Source: Octopus vulgaris (Eukaryota). From it: a stretch of DNA of 64,000 bases. A program made the position numbers and the translations under genes. The stretch spans positions 50,530,001-50,594,000 of the forward strand of contig OX597830.1 of assembly GCA_951406725.2 (NCBI GenBank). Reading direction: 5' to 3'. Position 1 is the stretch's first letter, and every line of letters begins with the position of its first letter. This document shows, piece after piece, positions 42,480 to 55,934 of the stretch. The notes beneath the pieces are model-generated. The model was not told where the DNA came from and did not search any database. It saw nothing but the letters and a program-made list of their open reading frames with translations.

Positions 42480-42865
42480 ACTTACTTGGAAATGGATGCG
42501 TGGCCTTCAATCATATGAGCTGAGATCCTCTTCGGTCATGAAGAGGATTGCGCCTAGAAAGTTACCCTCCCAGGCACAACCGGGCAACGTTGTTTATGGA
42601 AGACCAGCAGTCGCCCATGCATACCGGTCTCCCCTCTCCACGCCACCAGTGTTATCCAAGGGAAAGGCAAAGGGGACGATAGAGCTTGGCACCTGTGACG
42701 TCACAACTCATTTCTACAGCTGAGTGAACTGGAATGTGAAATAAAGTGACTTACACAATGTGAAATAAAGTGACTTACACAACACGCAGCCCGGTCCGGG
42801 AGTCGAACTCACAACCTCGCAATCGTAAGCTCAACGCTCTAACCACTAAGCCATGCACCTTCACT
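42480..42865 (-). mobile_element. SINE family C variant (different 3' body); related copy at 56200-56541
   Basis: tRNA-like head on the minus strand (ctctaaccactaagccatgcaccttc). The body ggaagaccagcagt..ccaagggaaaggcaaag is shared with 56200-56541. There is an internal 24-bp duplication at ~42733-42782. Confidence 0.8.
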
Positions 42866-43245
42866 CATATAATAATATAAATAATATATATATGTGCATA
42901 TATACGTACATATATGTACATAATTACATATTTGTATATACATATGCATATATATGGATACAGGACGTTATAGAACGAAGACAACATGAAATACGAAATA
43001 CGAAAACATAGAATACTAATTTTTTTTTGCGAACAACGAAAGAAATGCGGAGTAGATAAAACAGCCGACAACTGATGAAGGGTCGTTCTTTATGTTACTT
43101 GTCTTGTTTTCCATTTGTTTCTTTCGTTGTTCGCAAAAACAGCATTCCATGTTTTCGTATTTCGTATTTTATGTTTACGTTCTATGACGTCCTGTACCCA
43201 TATATGCACATGCATATACATATATATGTAAGTATATATACACAC

Positions 43246-43312
<67 letters not shown>

Positions 43313-43636
43313 TGAATGTATACATACACACACAGATTTTAGGTTAGTTAAAATATTTTTGTGACATATTTGAACTGCTAAAAGGTAAATTCACTGCCGT
43401 TAGCGAGAAGAAAAGTTATCTTTTATGGTAAAAAGGTGTAAAACCATCGTATCTATCCTGAGTTACCACCTATCGGATTTCCAGATGTCGATATTTCAAC
43501 CGTTTTTAGCCGTTACGAAGTGGGAAACTCTTAGGAGATAGAACTCTGAACATAACTTATTAAAGCCATGTCTTTAATTATTACACAATCAACAGCGTTG
43601 ACTATTTTGCGCCAGTAGACTTCCGAGGTCATGGAA

Positions 43637-43860
43637 GTTACCGTAATATCAGCGCCAGGTAGTATTTAGGCTTAAGTAAAGTTTAGATTAGTGAAAATAT
43701 GTTTGTAACATATTTCACTGCAATTACCGTGGAGAAAAATTCTCTCTTATGGCAACAGGAAGTAATAAGAGAATTTTACTCTACTGTAACTGCACACACA
43801 TTTTAACTAACCTCAAGTGTACTTATACCTAAATACTGCTTTGCTGACATTAACAGTAAT
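43637..43860. mobile_element. Old foldback/MITE-like element with ~100-bp imperfect inverted arms
   Basis: Left arm ttaccgtaatatcagc..gtagtatttagg..aaaattctctcttat versus reverse complement of the right arm ttactgttaatgtcagc..gcagtatttagg..aaaattctcttat; ~14-nt loop. Confidence 0.6.
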
Positions 43861-44308
43861 ATACACATATATATATACGACGGGCTTCTTTCAGTTTCCT
43901 TTAACGAAATCCACTAACTAAGCTCTGGTTGCCCCGAGGCTATATTAAAATTACATGCCCAAGGTGCCACGCAGTGGGACTGAACCCGGAACCATGCTTT
44001 GGGAAAGCAAGCTTCTTACGACACTGCCGCGTTGGTGATTGTCTCTCTCCCTCTCTCTTTTTCTCTCTCCCTCTCTCTTTTTCTCTCTCCCTCTCTTTCT
44101 GTCTCTTTATATATATATTTTTTCATTACCCTCTTTGTAATGTTGGTAAATGAAATAAGTATAAAAATGTACATTGTCCATTTAATTAAAAAATTCTATA
44201 TGTCGCTGAAGATTATTCGACATTTTAAAACTTACAGTATTTAATAAAATTAAGAAGCATGAAACGATTGTACTACACTACCTTGGATATCCTTGTTGCT
44301 TATTTTGA

Positions 44309-44370
<62 letters not shown>

Positions 44371-44668
44371 GTGTATGCAATAAGATTTGTATGTATTTGA
44401 GTATGCGTTTACGTGAGCGTGTGTGTGTGTGTGTGTGCGCGAGCGTACTTGCGCGTGCACACACTGTAATTGATCGTAAAACCATAAAACACGGAACAGT
44501 GGCAAAGTGAAGCTTCTCATTTCAATAAATAAACATGTTTTGACTAATCTGTCCTTCTTCGGAATATATACACATACACCGGTACACGCGTATATATATG
44601 TACACGCAGTAAGCCAGCCAGCAAGATATCCCGCTGCCATCCATCAAGTCAACTAGATACCCGATAAC

Positions 44669-44708
<40 letters not shown>

Positions 44709-44864
44709 ACACACGTGCGCACACACAATGCTGTTTGCTTAGCGTTCGTTTGTATTTGATATACATATGTACACAAGTATTCTGTTTCTCTCTCTCACGC
44801 ATACACACTCACACATAGACACTCTGACATACAGACACTCTCACACATGCACTCACACACACTA

Positions 44865-44896
<32 letters not shown>

Positions 44897-45889
44897 CGGT
44901 CGATTTTACTCCTGCCAGAGTTCCATAATTGTCTTTCTGCTCGGTTAATGCTACATTTCACTGTTTGGTGACATTAAATGTCAACAGGAATTCAACAATA
45001 ATTGCTGCTCCAAGACTGTCAATCAATACCGAAAGGTCGCTGGTTCCACTATTGCTCTCAATACTAAACTTATGTTTATGTCTTCTTTCTGCTTCCGAAG
45101 GAGGAATTCTGAAGAATATAACGAAAGACTTGAAAAATAGTTTAGAAAATGTTATTTTGGGGAAAAAAATTTCGAACATTCGGTAAGAATTTCTTATACA
45201 TACACAAACCAACATTCTTATTGTTATCGTTGTTAACCATTATATGAATATGGGATGTATCTTTTCTCATTTACTTGTTTCGGTCATTAGACTGCGGCCA
45301 TGCTAGGGCACCACCTTGAAGAATTTTTATTGGAATGTCTACCAAATCCACTCACAAAGCTTAGAGTTGAATTCCTGTTTGGTCGGCCTGAAGCTATAGT
45401 AAAAGACACTTGTCCAAAGCGGCTTATATATATATATATATGTATGTATAATACAAATAAGAAAATGGAAAAATAAATTTAGTTTGTTCATCAACTTTCA
45501 GATATTAGAATGCTGGATTATTTATTAATTTAACAAAATGAGAACATTAATAGCATACATATATATCTTATAATTCAATACATATAAGATAAGAATACTA
45601 ATTATGAAAATCATAGTAAATTATTGAAATCATTAAAATCACTTCTTACAGCTGTTTCAGCCTATGGTTAAAATTAGTTATTTCTATTCCGTTTAATGCA
45701 ATAAGTTAATTGCATTGCAATTAAAAACATTTATGTATTAAGAATCTGGGTACTTTACCAACAGTATATTGGATAAATACTATCCCTTAGTGGGTTACAC
45801 CCATGACCTCTAACTTACTTTGTATATATATATATATATATATATGTCTGTGTGTGTATACACATTGATGTAAATTATTTTTGCTCGTT

Positions 45890-46075
45890 AAAACTTTTGA
45901 GGGAAGGAGAAATCCAATACATTGACCCTGCTGCTCAACTTGGTACTTATTTCATCGAACCCGAAAAGATGAAAGCCAAGCTTGACCAGGGCAGAGTTTG
46001 AACTCAGAAGAGATCCGGAAGAACTGTCCGTAAGCATCTCGCCTTGCTTGCTAACGAGTCCGCTACCTCGCTACA
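45890..46075 (-). mobile_element. SINE family B, diverged
   Basis: ggtacttatttcatcgaacccgaaaagatgaaagccaag..tttgaactcagaa. Confidence 0.7.
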
Positions 46076-46204
46076 TTAGATAAATTTGTAAATGATAGCC
46101 TCTAGAATATTGGGTTAAAACACCTGAGGATTGAGAGAAAAGTACAAGGCTGCTCGTGAGACACGAACCTACATCTTGGATGAAAATGGCAGGCTTCCTA
46201 CTAT

Positions 46205-49200
46205 GATGAAACTTCCCTGAAGCTAGAAAATCCCCGGAACTTCCCATGAATTTTTCGACGAAACTTCCATGAAGTAAGAAAATCCTCGGAACTTCCTATG
46301 AAGTTTTCGACGAAACATTCCTGTGTTGAGGAAATCGTCGGAATTCTCCCCTGAAGTTTCGACGAAATTTCCCGGAAGTCAGAAAATCCTCGTAACTGCC
46401 CATGAAGTTTTCGACGAAACTTCCTGAAGCTAGGAAATCCCCGGAACTTCCCATAAATTTTTTGACGAAATTTCCCGGATTTCAGAAAATCCTCGGAACT
46501 TCCCATGAAGTTCTCGACGAAACTTCCCTGAAGCTAGAAAATCCCCGGAACTTCTCATAAAATTTTTGACGAAATATCCCGGATCTCAGAAAATCCTCGG
46601 AATTTCCAATTAAGTTCTCGACGAAACTTCCCTGAAACTAGAAAATCCATGTGGCTTCCCATGAAGTTTTCAACAAAAGTTCATGGAAGTCAGAAAATCC
46701 TTGGGACTTCCCATGAAGTATTCGACGAAACTTCCCGGAATTCAGAAAATCCTCGGATCTTCCCATGAAGTTTTCGGTGAAACTTCTCGGAAGTCAGAAA
46801 ATCCTTGGAACTTCCCATGAAGTTTTCGACGAAACATTCCAAAGTTAGAAAATCCTCGGAACTTGCCATGAAGTTTTCGACGAAACTTCCCGGAATTCAG
46901 AAAAACTTCGGAACTTCCCATTAAGTTTTCGACGAAAATAACCGGAAGTTAGAAAATCCTCGGAACTTGCCATGGAGTTTTCGATGAAACTTCCATTAAG
47001 TAGGAAAATCCTCGGAACTTCCCATTAAGTTTTCGACAAAACTTTCCTATAATAAAGAAATCCTCAGAATTCCCTCCTGAAGAAAAACCTCGTAACTTCC
47101 CATAAAGTTTTCGACAAAACTACCCTGAAGCTAGAAAATCACCGGAACTTCCCATGAAGTTTTCGACGAAATTTCCCGGAAGTCAGAAAATCCATGGAAC
47201 TTTCCATGAAGTTTTCATCAAAAGTTCATGGAAGTCAGAAAATCCTTGGATTTTCCCATGAAGTTTTCGACGAAACTTTCAGGAATTCAGAAAATCCTGG
47301 GAACTTCCCATGAAGTTTTCGACGATACTTCCCGGAAGTCAAAAAATCTTCGGAACTTCCCATGAAGTTTTCGACGAAACTTCCCGGAAGTTAGAAAATC
47401 CTCGGAATTGCCATGAAGTTTGCGATGAAACTTCCATGAAGAAAATCCTCGGAACTTCCCAAGAAGTTTTCGACGAAACTTTCATGTAATGAGGAAATCC
47501 TCGGAATCCCCCTCTGAAGTTTTCGACGAAATTGTCCGGAAGACAGAAAATCGTCGTAACTGCCGATGTTGTTTTCGATGAAAATCCACGGAACTTCCCA
47601 TGAATTTTTCGACGAAACTTCCATGAACTAAAAAAGTCCTCGGAATTTCCCATGAAGTTTTCGACGAAACTTTCCTCTTCTGAGGAAATCCTCGGAATTC
47701 CCCCCTGAAGTTTCGACGAAACTTCCCTGAAGCTAGAAAATCTACGGAACTTCCCATGAATTTTTTGACGAAATTTCCCAGATTTCAGAAAATCCTCGGA
47801 ACTTCCCATGAAGTTCTTGACGAAACTTCCCTGAAACTAGAAAATCCATGTAGCTTCCCATGAAGATTTCAACAAAAGTTCATGGAAGTCAGAAAATCCT
47901 TGGGACTTCCCATGAAATTTTCGACGAAACTTTCCTATAATGAGGGAATCCTCGGATTTCCGCCCAGAAGTTTTCGACGAAATTTCCCTGAAGCTAGAAA
48001 ATCCGGGGATCTCCCCATGAAGTTTTCGACAAAACTTCCCGGAAATCAGAAAACCCTCGGATCTTCCCATGATGTTTACGGTGAAAATTCCCGGAAGTCA
48101 GAAAATTCTTGGATTTTCCCAAGAAGTTTTCGACCAAACTTCCCGGGAGATAGAACACCCTCGGAATTTCCCATGAAGTTATCGACGAAACTTCCCGGAA
48201 TTCAGAAAATCTTCGGAACTTCCCATTAAGTTTTCGACGAAAATTACCGGAAGTTAGAAAAACCTCGTAACTTCCCATAAAGTTTTCGACAAAACTACCC
48301 TGAGGCTAGAAAATCACTGGAACTTCCCATGAAGTTTTCGACGAAATTTTCCGGAAGACAGAAAATCCTCGGAACTTGCCATGAAGTTTTCGACGAAACT
48401 TCCCGGAATTCAGAAAATCTTCGGAACTTCCCATTAAGTTTTCGACGAAAATTACCGGAAGTTAGAAAATCCTCGGAACTTGCCATGGAGTTATCGATGA
48501 AACTTCCATTAAATAGGAAAATCCTCGGAACTTCCCATTAAGTTTTCGACAAAACTTTCCTATAATAAAGAAATCCTCAGAATTCCCTCCTGAAGAAAAA
48601 CCTCGTAACTTCCCATAAAGTTCGACAAAACTACTTCGACAAAACTACGCTGAAGCTAGAAAATCACCGGAACTTCCCATGAAGTTTTCGACGAAATTTC
48701 CCGGAAGTCAGAAAATCCATGGAACTTGCCATGAAGTTTGCGATGAAACTTCCATGAAGAAAATCCTCGGAACTTCCATGAAGAAAATCCTCGGAACTTC
48801 CATGAAGAAAATCCTCGGAACTTCCCATGAAGTTTTCGACGAAACTTTCATGTAATGAGGAAATCCTCGGAGTTCCCCTCTGACGTTTTCGACGAAATTT
48901 TCCGGAAGTCAGAAAATCCTCGTAACTGCCGATGTTGTTTTCGATGAAACTTCCCTGGAGCTAGAAAATCCCCGGAACTTCCCATGAATTTTTCGACGAA
49001 ACTTCCATGAATTAAGAAAGTCCTCGGAATTTCCCATGAAGTTTTCGACGAAACTTTCCTGTTTTGAGGAAATCCTCGGAATTCCCCCCTGAAGTTTCGA
49101 CGAAACTTCCCTGAAGCGAGAAAATCCACGGAACTTCCCATGAATTTTTTGACGAAATTTCCCAGATTTCAGAAAATCCTCGGAACTTCCCATGAAGTTC

Positions 49201-50870
49201 TTGACGAAACTCCCTGAAACTAGAAAATCCATGTAGCTTCCCATGAAGATTTCAACAAAAGTTCATGGAAGTCAGAAAATCCTTGGGACTTCCCATGAAA
49301 TTTTCGACGAAACTTTCCTATAATGAGGGAATCCTCGGATTTCCGCCCAGAAGTTTTCGACGAAATCTCCCTGAAGCTAGAAAATCCTCGGATCTTCCCA
49401 TGAAGTTTACGGTGAAAATTCCCGGAAGTCAGAAAATTCTTGGATTTTCCCATGAAGTTTTCGACCAAACTTCCCGGGAGATAGAACACCCTCGGAACTT
49501 CCCATGACGTTTTCGACGAAACTTCCCGGAATTCAGAAAATCTTCGGAACTTCCCTTTAAGTTTTCGACGAAAATTACCGGAAGATAGAAAATCCTCGGA
49601 ACTTGCCATGAAGTTTTCGATAAAACTTCCACGAAGTAGGAAATTCCTCGGAACTTCCCATTAAGTTTTCGACGAAACTTTCCTATAATAAAGAAATCCT
49701 GGGAATTCCCCCCTGAAGAAAAGCCTCGTAACTTCACATAAATTTTCAACAAAACTTCCCTGAATCTAGAAATCACCTGAACTTCCCATGAAGTTTTCGA
49801 CGAAATTTCCCGGAATTCAGAAAATCCATGGAACTTCCCATTAAGTTTTCAACAAAAGTTCATGGAACTCAGAAAATCCTTGGATTTTCCCATGAAGTTT
49901 ACGACGAAACTTTCAGGAATTCAGAAATCCTCGGAACTTCCCATGAAGTTTTCGACGAAACTTCCCGGAAGTTAGAAAATCATCGGAACTTGCCATGAAG
50001 TTTGCGATGAAACTTCCATGAAGAAAATCCTCGGAACTTCCCATGAAGTTTTCGACGAAACTTTCATGTGATGAGGAAATCCTCGGAATTCCCCTCGGAA
50101 GTTTTCGACGAAATTTTCCGGAAGTCAGAAAATCCTCGTAACTGCCGATGTTGTTTTCGATGAAACTTCCCTGAAGCTAGAAAATCCCCGGAACTTCCTA
50201 TGAATTTTTCGACGAATCTTCCATGAAGTAAGAAAATACTTGGAACTTCCCATAAAGTTTTCGACGAAACTTCCCTGTGTTGATGAAATCCTCGGAATTC
50301 CCCCCGTGAAGTTTCGACGAAATTTCCCGGAAGTCAGAAAATCCTCGTAACTTCCCATGAAGTTTTCGACGAAACTTCCCTGAAGCTAGAAAATCCCCGG
50401 AACTTCCCATGAATTTTTTGACGAAATTTCCCGGATTTCAGAAAATCCTCGGAACTTCCCATGAAGTCTCGACGAAACTTCCCTGAAGCTAGAAAATCCA
50501 TGTAGCTTCCCATGAAGTTTTCAACAAAAGTTCATGGAAGCCAGAAAATCCTTGGGACTTCCCATGAAGTATTCGACGAAACTTCCTGGAATTCAGAAAA
50601 TCCTCGGATCTTCCCATGAAGTTTTCGGTGAAACTTCCCGGAAGTCAGAAAATCCTTGGAACTTCCCATGAAGTTTTCGACGAAACTTCTCGGAAGCTAG
50701 AGAATCCCCGGTACTACCCATGAAGTTTTCGTGGAAACCTCCCGGAATCTAGAAAATCCTAGAAACTTCCCATGAAAATTTCTACGAAACTTCCCGGAAG
50801 CTAGAAAATCCTCGTAAATTCCCAGGAAGCTTTCGTCGAATCTGCCCGGAAGCTAGAAATTCCTCGGGAA
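46205..50870. repeat. Satellite array, ~52-bp monomer, roughly 90 copies, with higher-order repeat structure
   Basis: Consensus read by eye: GAAGTTTTCGACGAAACTTCCCGGAAGTCAGAAAATCCTCGGAACTTCCCAT. Successive monomers at e.g. 46816, 46867, 46919 and 46971. Diagnostic variant monomers recur every ~1.1-1.5 kb. Confidence 0.97.
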
Positions 50871-51460
50871 ATTGTCGGTATCTGGCGACTTTTTAAACAG
50901 TTCGTTTATTGATTTCATCGGGTGGTTTTTGCACGTTTTTTAGCAATATAACTGGAATACTGTTTAATGGGGTCATAAGAGAATCATTCAGTAACACAGC
51001 ATATTTTTGATTTCAATACCTTGTGGAATGCTGCTGTCACCAGATCTAAATACAACCGAAGTCTCATAGAGAGAAACAAAATCAAACAAATAGTAGAAGA
51101 ACCGATTCTGGATCTGCACTGATATCTTAACCCTTCGAGCCCGTAACACCGGTTTACCAGTGGATGTATACAAAAAAAACAGGAACAGAAACATATGCCA
51201 ACTCTTTGTTCGAACGTGGTACTGGTATCTACTATTATCCTCTACTAAAGATCTTCCTCAATTCTTCCTCCGCTATAATATTGCTCGTTCGCTGGAAGTA
51301 GACCATATGCCCTGCTATCGACTATCTGCACATATTATTCCTTTCTGCTTATGATACATTCAAGTACTCAGATCCAATAATTCTATTGTAATAACTCTAC
51401 AATTAAGTAGAAACAATAAATTCCCTACTCTAAATTGATACAAATTATTCACCTGTTCAT

Positions 51461-51461
<1 letters not shown>

Positions 51462-51532
<71 letters not shown>

Positions 51533-51581
51533 CCTACCTACCTACCTACCTATCTATCTATCTATCTATCTATCTCTCTAT

Positions 51582-51622
<41 letters not shown>

Positions 51623-51646
51623 CATGTATCTATCTATCTATCCATG

Positions 51647-51712
<66 letters not shown>

Positions 51713-51790
51713 CATATATATATAGATATATATTTAGATATATAGATAGAAAGAGAGAGAGAGAGAGAGTGTGTGTGTGAGAGAGAGACG
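51462..51790. repeat. (TATC)n-(TA)n-(GA)n compound microsatellite
   Basis: Direct reading. Confidence 0.95.
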
Positions 51791-52234
51791 CAATGTTTAT
51801 GCGGATAAACAAATTTGGTACATCAAATATATTAAATATATAAATATATTAGTTTGGATATGAAATTGCAAGATATGTATAAATATATACATGCAAGGCG
51901 AAGGAGAGTGGAGACTTACAGATGATAAATGTTTAAGCATAAATATATAGGTATTTATATTAATAAGTTCAATTTACACACAGAGTACAAATGATAGAGA
52001 GAATTAAGGGGTGGAAGGAAGGCGTTACAAGTCCAACAGTTGTTTCTGGGGGCTCGGCGATACATAATAACGTTGGTAAATTTAGTCCATTACAATACAT
52101 GGTCTGTATGGGTGCAATCAACATTGGATAAGACGAAACTCTGTCATCAGGGTAGATGAGATTTTTACACTTCAGATCTTAATTACATCCATATTGCCCC
52201 ATATTTTGATGAACTAAACCTATCAACATTATTT

Positions 52235-52650
52235 AATTCTTTATTGCCCACAAGGAGGTAAACATAAAGGGAACAAACAAGGACAGACAAAGGGACTAAG
52301 TCGATTGCACGACCCGGTGCGTAATTGGTACTTATTTAATTAAACCCCGAAAGGATGAAAGGCAAAGTCGACCTCAGCGGAATTTGAACTCACAACGTAG
52401 CGGCAGGCAAAATACCTATTTCTTTACTACGCACAAGGGGTTAAACACAGAGAGGACAAACAAAGACAGACAGACGGATTAAGTCGGTTATATCGACCCC
52501 AGTGCGTAACTGGTACTTATTTAATCAAACCCCGAAAGGATGAAAGGCAAAGTCGACCTCGGCGGAATTTGAACTCAGAACGTAGCGGCAGACGAAATAC
52601 CGCTTAGCATTTCGCCCGGCGTGCTAACGTTTCTGTCATCTCGCCGCCTT
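52235..52650 (-). mobile_element. SINE family B, dimeric form
   Basis: Core repeated at ~52346 and ~52531 (period ~185), with a single head at ~52650. Confidence 0.88.
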
Positions 52651-52749
52651 GTGAAATGATACCCTGTAAAGACACCGGAGTCTAAGGCTGAATCTTTTGA
52701 ATACTACTAAGTGTCTTCTATACGGAGAATCTCTGGATCTTATCTGTGA

Positions 52750-52869
<120 letters not shown>

Positions 52870-52904
52870 TGTAGAGTAGAAATATGTATATATATATAGT
52901 CTCG

Positions 52905-52998
52905 GAGAATGAATTTGATGAGGTAAAATGCTTAAATAGTCTTGACTATTAATTCTTCGATGAAGGGAAACCATTGGGCCGGCGGATTTCCAAGATAT
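52905..52998 (-). mobile_element. Tc1-like transposase fragment
   Basis: Minus strand [31 protein letters not shown] resembles the W..IS..G.GP...L.G.IN...Y..IL segment of Tc1 DDE domains. Confidence 0.6.
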
Positions 52999-53004
52999 CA
53001 GATC

Positions 53005-53300
53005 ACATATTATTTATAAATGCCAATTTCTGTTTGTTTGTGGCTGTGTGTTTGGGAAATTGTTACTTTAACTCCTCCGAGACTATCCAACCGATCTTGA
53101 TGTAACTGGACACATGTTTGGGGCTTATGCTCCTGCGGTCAATTACGCATTCGGAATTTCAAAATTCGGAATTTCTTTAAAAATATATAGATCTCAATGC
53201 AAATTATCATATGAATGTTATTTTCTGCCATAACTTTTAAAGTTTTCAACCGATTTTCTTCAAATTTCATCCCTAAATGGAATATGCGCTAAGGCAAATG
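53005..53300 (+). mobile_element. Possible Helitron-type 5' fragment
   Basis: tatttataaatgccaatttctgtttgtttgt..caaccgatcttgatg and caaccgattttcttcaaattt resemble the 5' region of non-autonomous Helitrons. No 3' hairpin or CTAG found. Confidence 0.4.
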
Positions 53301-53726
53301 AATTTTTACCTAGGCCACTCAAGCAAAGCGTAAGATGATTTTTGATTAATTGTTTAACGAAATTTGGCCTAAATTGTTGTGTGGTCAAATGTCCATCAAT
53401 TATTTTAGCATTCAGGTTTTCTGTAACATTCATTTTATTCACACTTGCACTTAAAATTATCGATTCTAAACGTTACAACGTTGTATGCTAAAACATGTAA
53501 CATGTATTGACACCTGCACTTAGAATTGGCGGTTCTAACCGTTGCAATCGATATTTGATTCTCACAATCAGTGGAACTATATCAATGAAACATTGTTGTC
53601 AAATTAAGTGCCTTTCTCTAAATAACTTTTGTTTACTTTACAAGCATTTATGTTCTTTTTTTTTTCATAGCACTCCTTTACAATTGTCTTCTTTTTGTTT
53701 CCGGGAATTACCGGGTACCTCAGTCA

Positions 53727-53835
<109 letters not shown>

Positions 53836-53898
53836 TGTGTGTATTCAGGGCTACACCACTAGGTGGATAACCATATGCTAGAAGAAGATCACATAGAA

Positions 53899-54348
<450 letters not shown>

Positions 54349-54519
54349 AATGAGGGAGACAGATAGTTATAATATAAATTTCCCAATAAAACTATTACTT
54401 GAGTGGAAAACTGAATTATATTTTATTGCAAGAAATCAGAAAATTAGGGGTGTGTGTGTGGGTGTCTGTGTGTGTATTCTGAATACAGCATTTCAAAAGT
54501 AATTATACTTGTACATACC

Positions 54520-54636
<117 letters not shown>

Positions 54637-55309
54637 GTCTATCTGTCTATCTATTTATCTCTCTTTCTGTCTATCAGCTTGTGCGTACTTACGTATGCAA
54701 CTTCATATGCGCTCCTGCGCGAAAGTATGTGTGTGTATGTGCGTGTGTGTGTGTGTGTGTGTGTATGAGTCTGTGTAAATTTAATGATTATTGACAAACT
54801 GATTATGCAGTTAGTCATTTACTATTAAGCTTATAAATAAACATCTATTCTCTTATTTTTACGACTTCAGTCCACTTCATAGAGACTACAAGTGCTATTA
54901 GTAGCGCTTCAATTATACAATAAACACACATATACACGTACGCACGCATATGTACATACATGCATGCATATATATTTAATAACCGTTTGAGCCAGCTGCA
55001 TATTACTTAAAGTTTCGTAAGTTTAGGACACGCTCACCTCATGAGAGGAAAAGGGTACCAATTGTGTAACTACAACGAAATGTCTTCTGTGTCACTTTCT
55101 TTCGTTTCTATCCATTTTTGAGTAAGATATTTCTCATTAAGAACGTCAAATGCAGTGGTATATTTACGGCAGTCCAGTGATCTGTTACTCTGGAGTATCC
55201 ACGTTGGTAATCGCTCCATGAGGCAAGTCGCATTGAGAGCCAGCCTTAGAGGTTTGTAACTTAATGAAAAGCCATTGTATATTATCGAGTCGTCTTCCAT
55301 CCAGTATGA

Positions 55310-55884
55310 TGTATGCATGCTGGAGCATTGCCTTGAATCATTGAGTCGAACATATTAACCTCAGTACTTATTCTTAAGGCTAATACTTACTATATTGGTA
55401 CCTTTTGACGAACAACTAAGTTACAGGGACGCGAAAAATTCAATACCGATTGTGAGGCGGTTGGTGGAGACAAACATAAGCACAAAGGCATATATAAACG
55501 CAAACATGTATACCTATGAATATAACGGAATTCCACACAGCTTTCGTCAATCATATCAACTCAGAAGCCATTCCTTGGCCCGCGACTATAGTATGAGACA
55601 CTTGTCCTTCAGTGGGATTGAACCTGAAACCATGTGGCTACAGGGCGAGGTTTAATCACACAGACACGCCTACATTTATATATAAATCCTTTTGTGGTAA
55701 GAAGTTTGCATCTCAAACACATGGTTCTAGATTCAGTCCCACTGCGCGGCAACTTAGTCAGCATCTCCTACTGTAGCTTCCGGCCGACCAAAGCCTTGTG
55801 AGTGGATTTGGTCGGCGGAAACTGAAAGAATCCTTTCGTATGTATTGGTCTGTACACTTATTCTGAATCACACGCGCGCGCGTG

Positions 55885-55934
<50 letters not shown>

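Noticed and set aside
45103-45192. Additional hammerhead-like candidates (also ~41808-41872, ~58140-58250)
   Set aside because: Too many core or stem defects to support individually.
46201-50410. Repetitive protein encoded by the satellite (GSSEDFL.. ORFs)
   Set aside because: A 52-bp period is not a multiple of 3, frames shift each monomer, and stops and indels are frequent.
46205-50870. CRISPR array interpretation of the 52-bp repeat
   Set aside because: The more variable ~14-bp segments are short, related to each other and recur periodically. There are no unique spacers, no cas genes, and the context is eukaryotic.
51127-51140. piggyBac-like terminus (TTAA-CCCTT)
   Set aside because: No matching opposite terminus or transposase sequence was found.
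55070-55318. 82-aa minus-strand ORF
   Set aside because: It starts inside a SINE fragment and has no identifiable motif.
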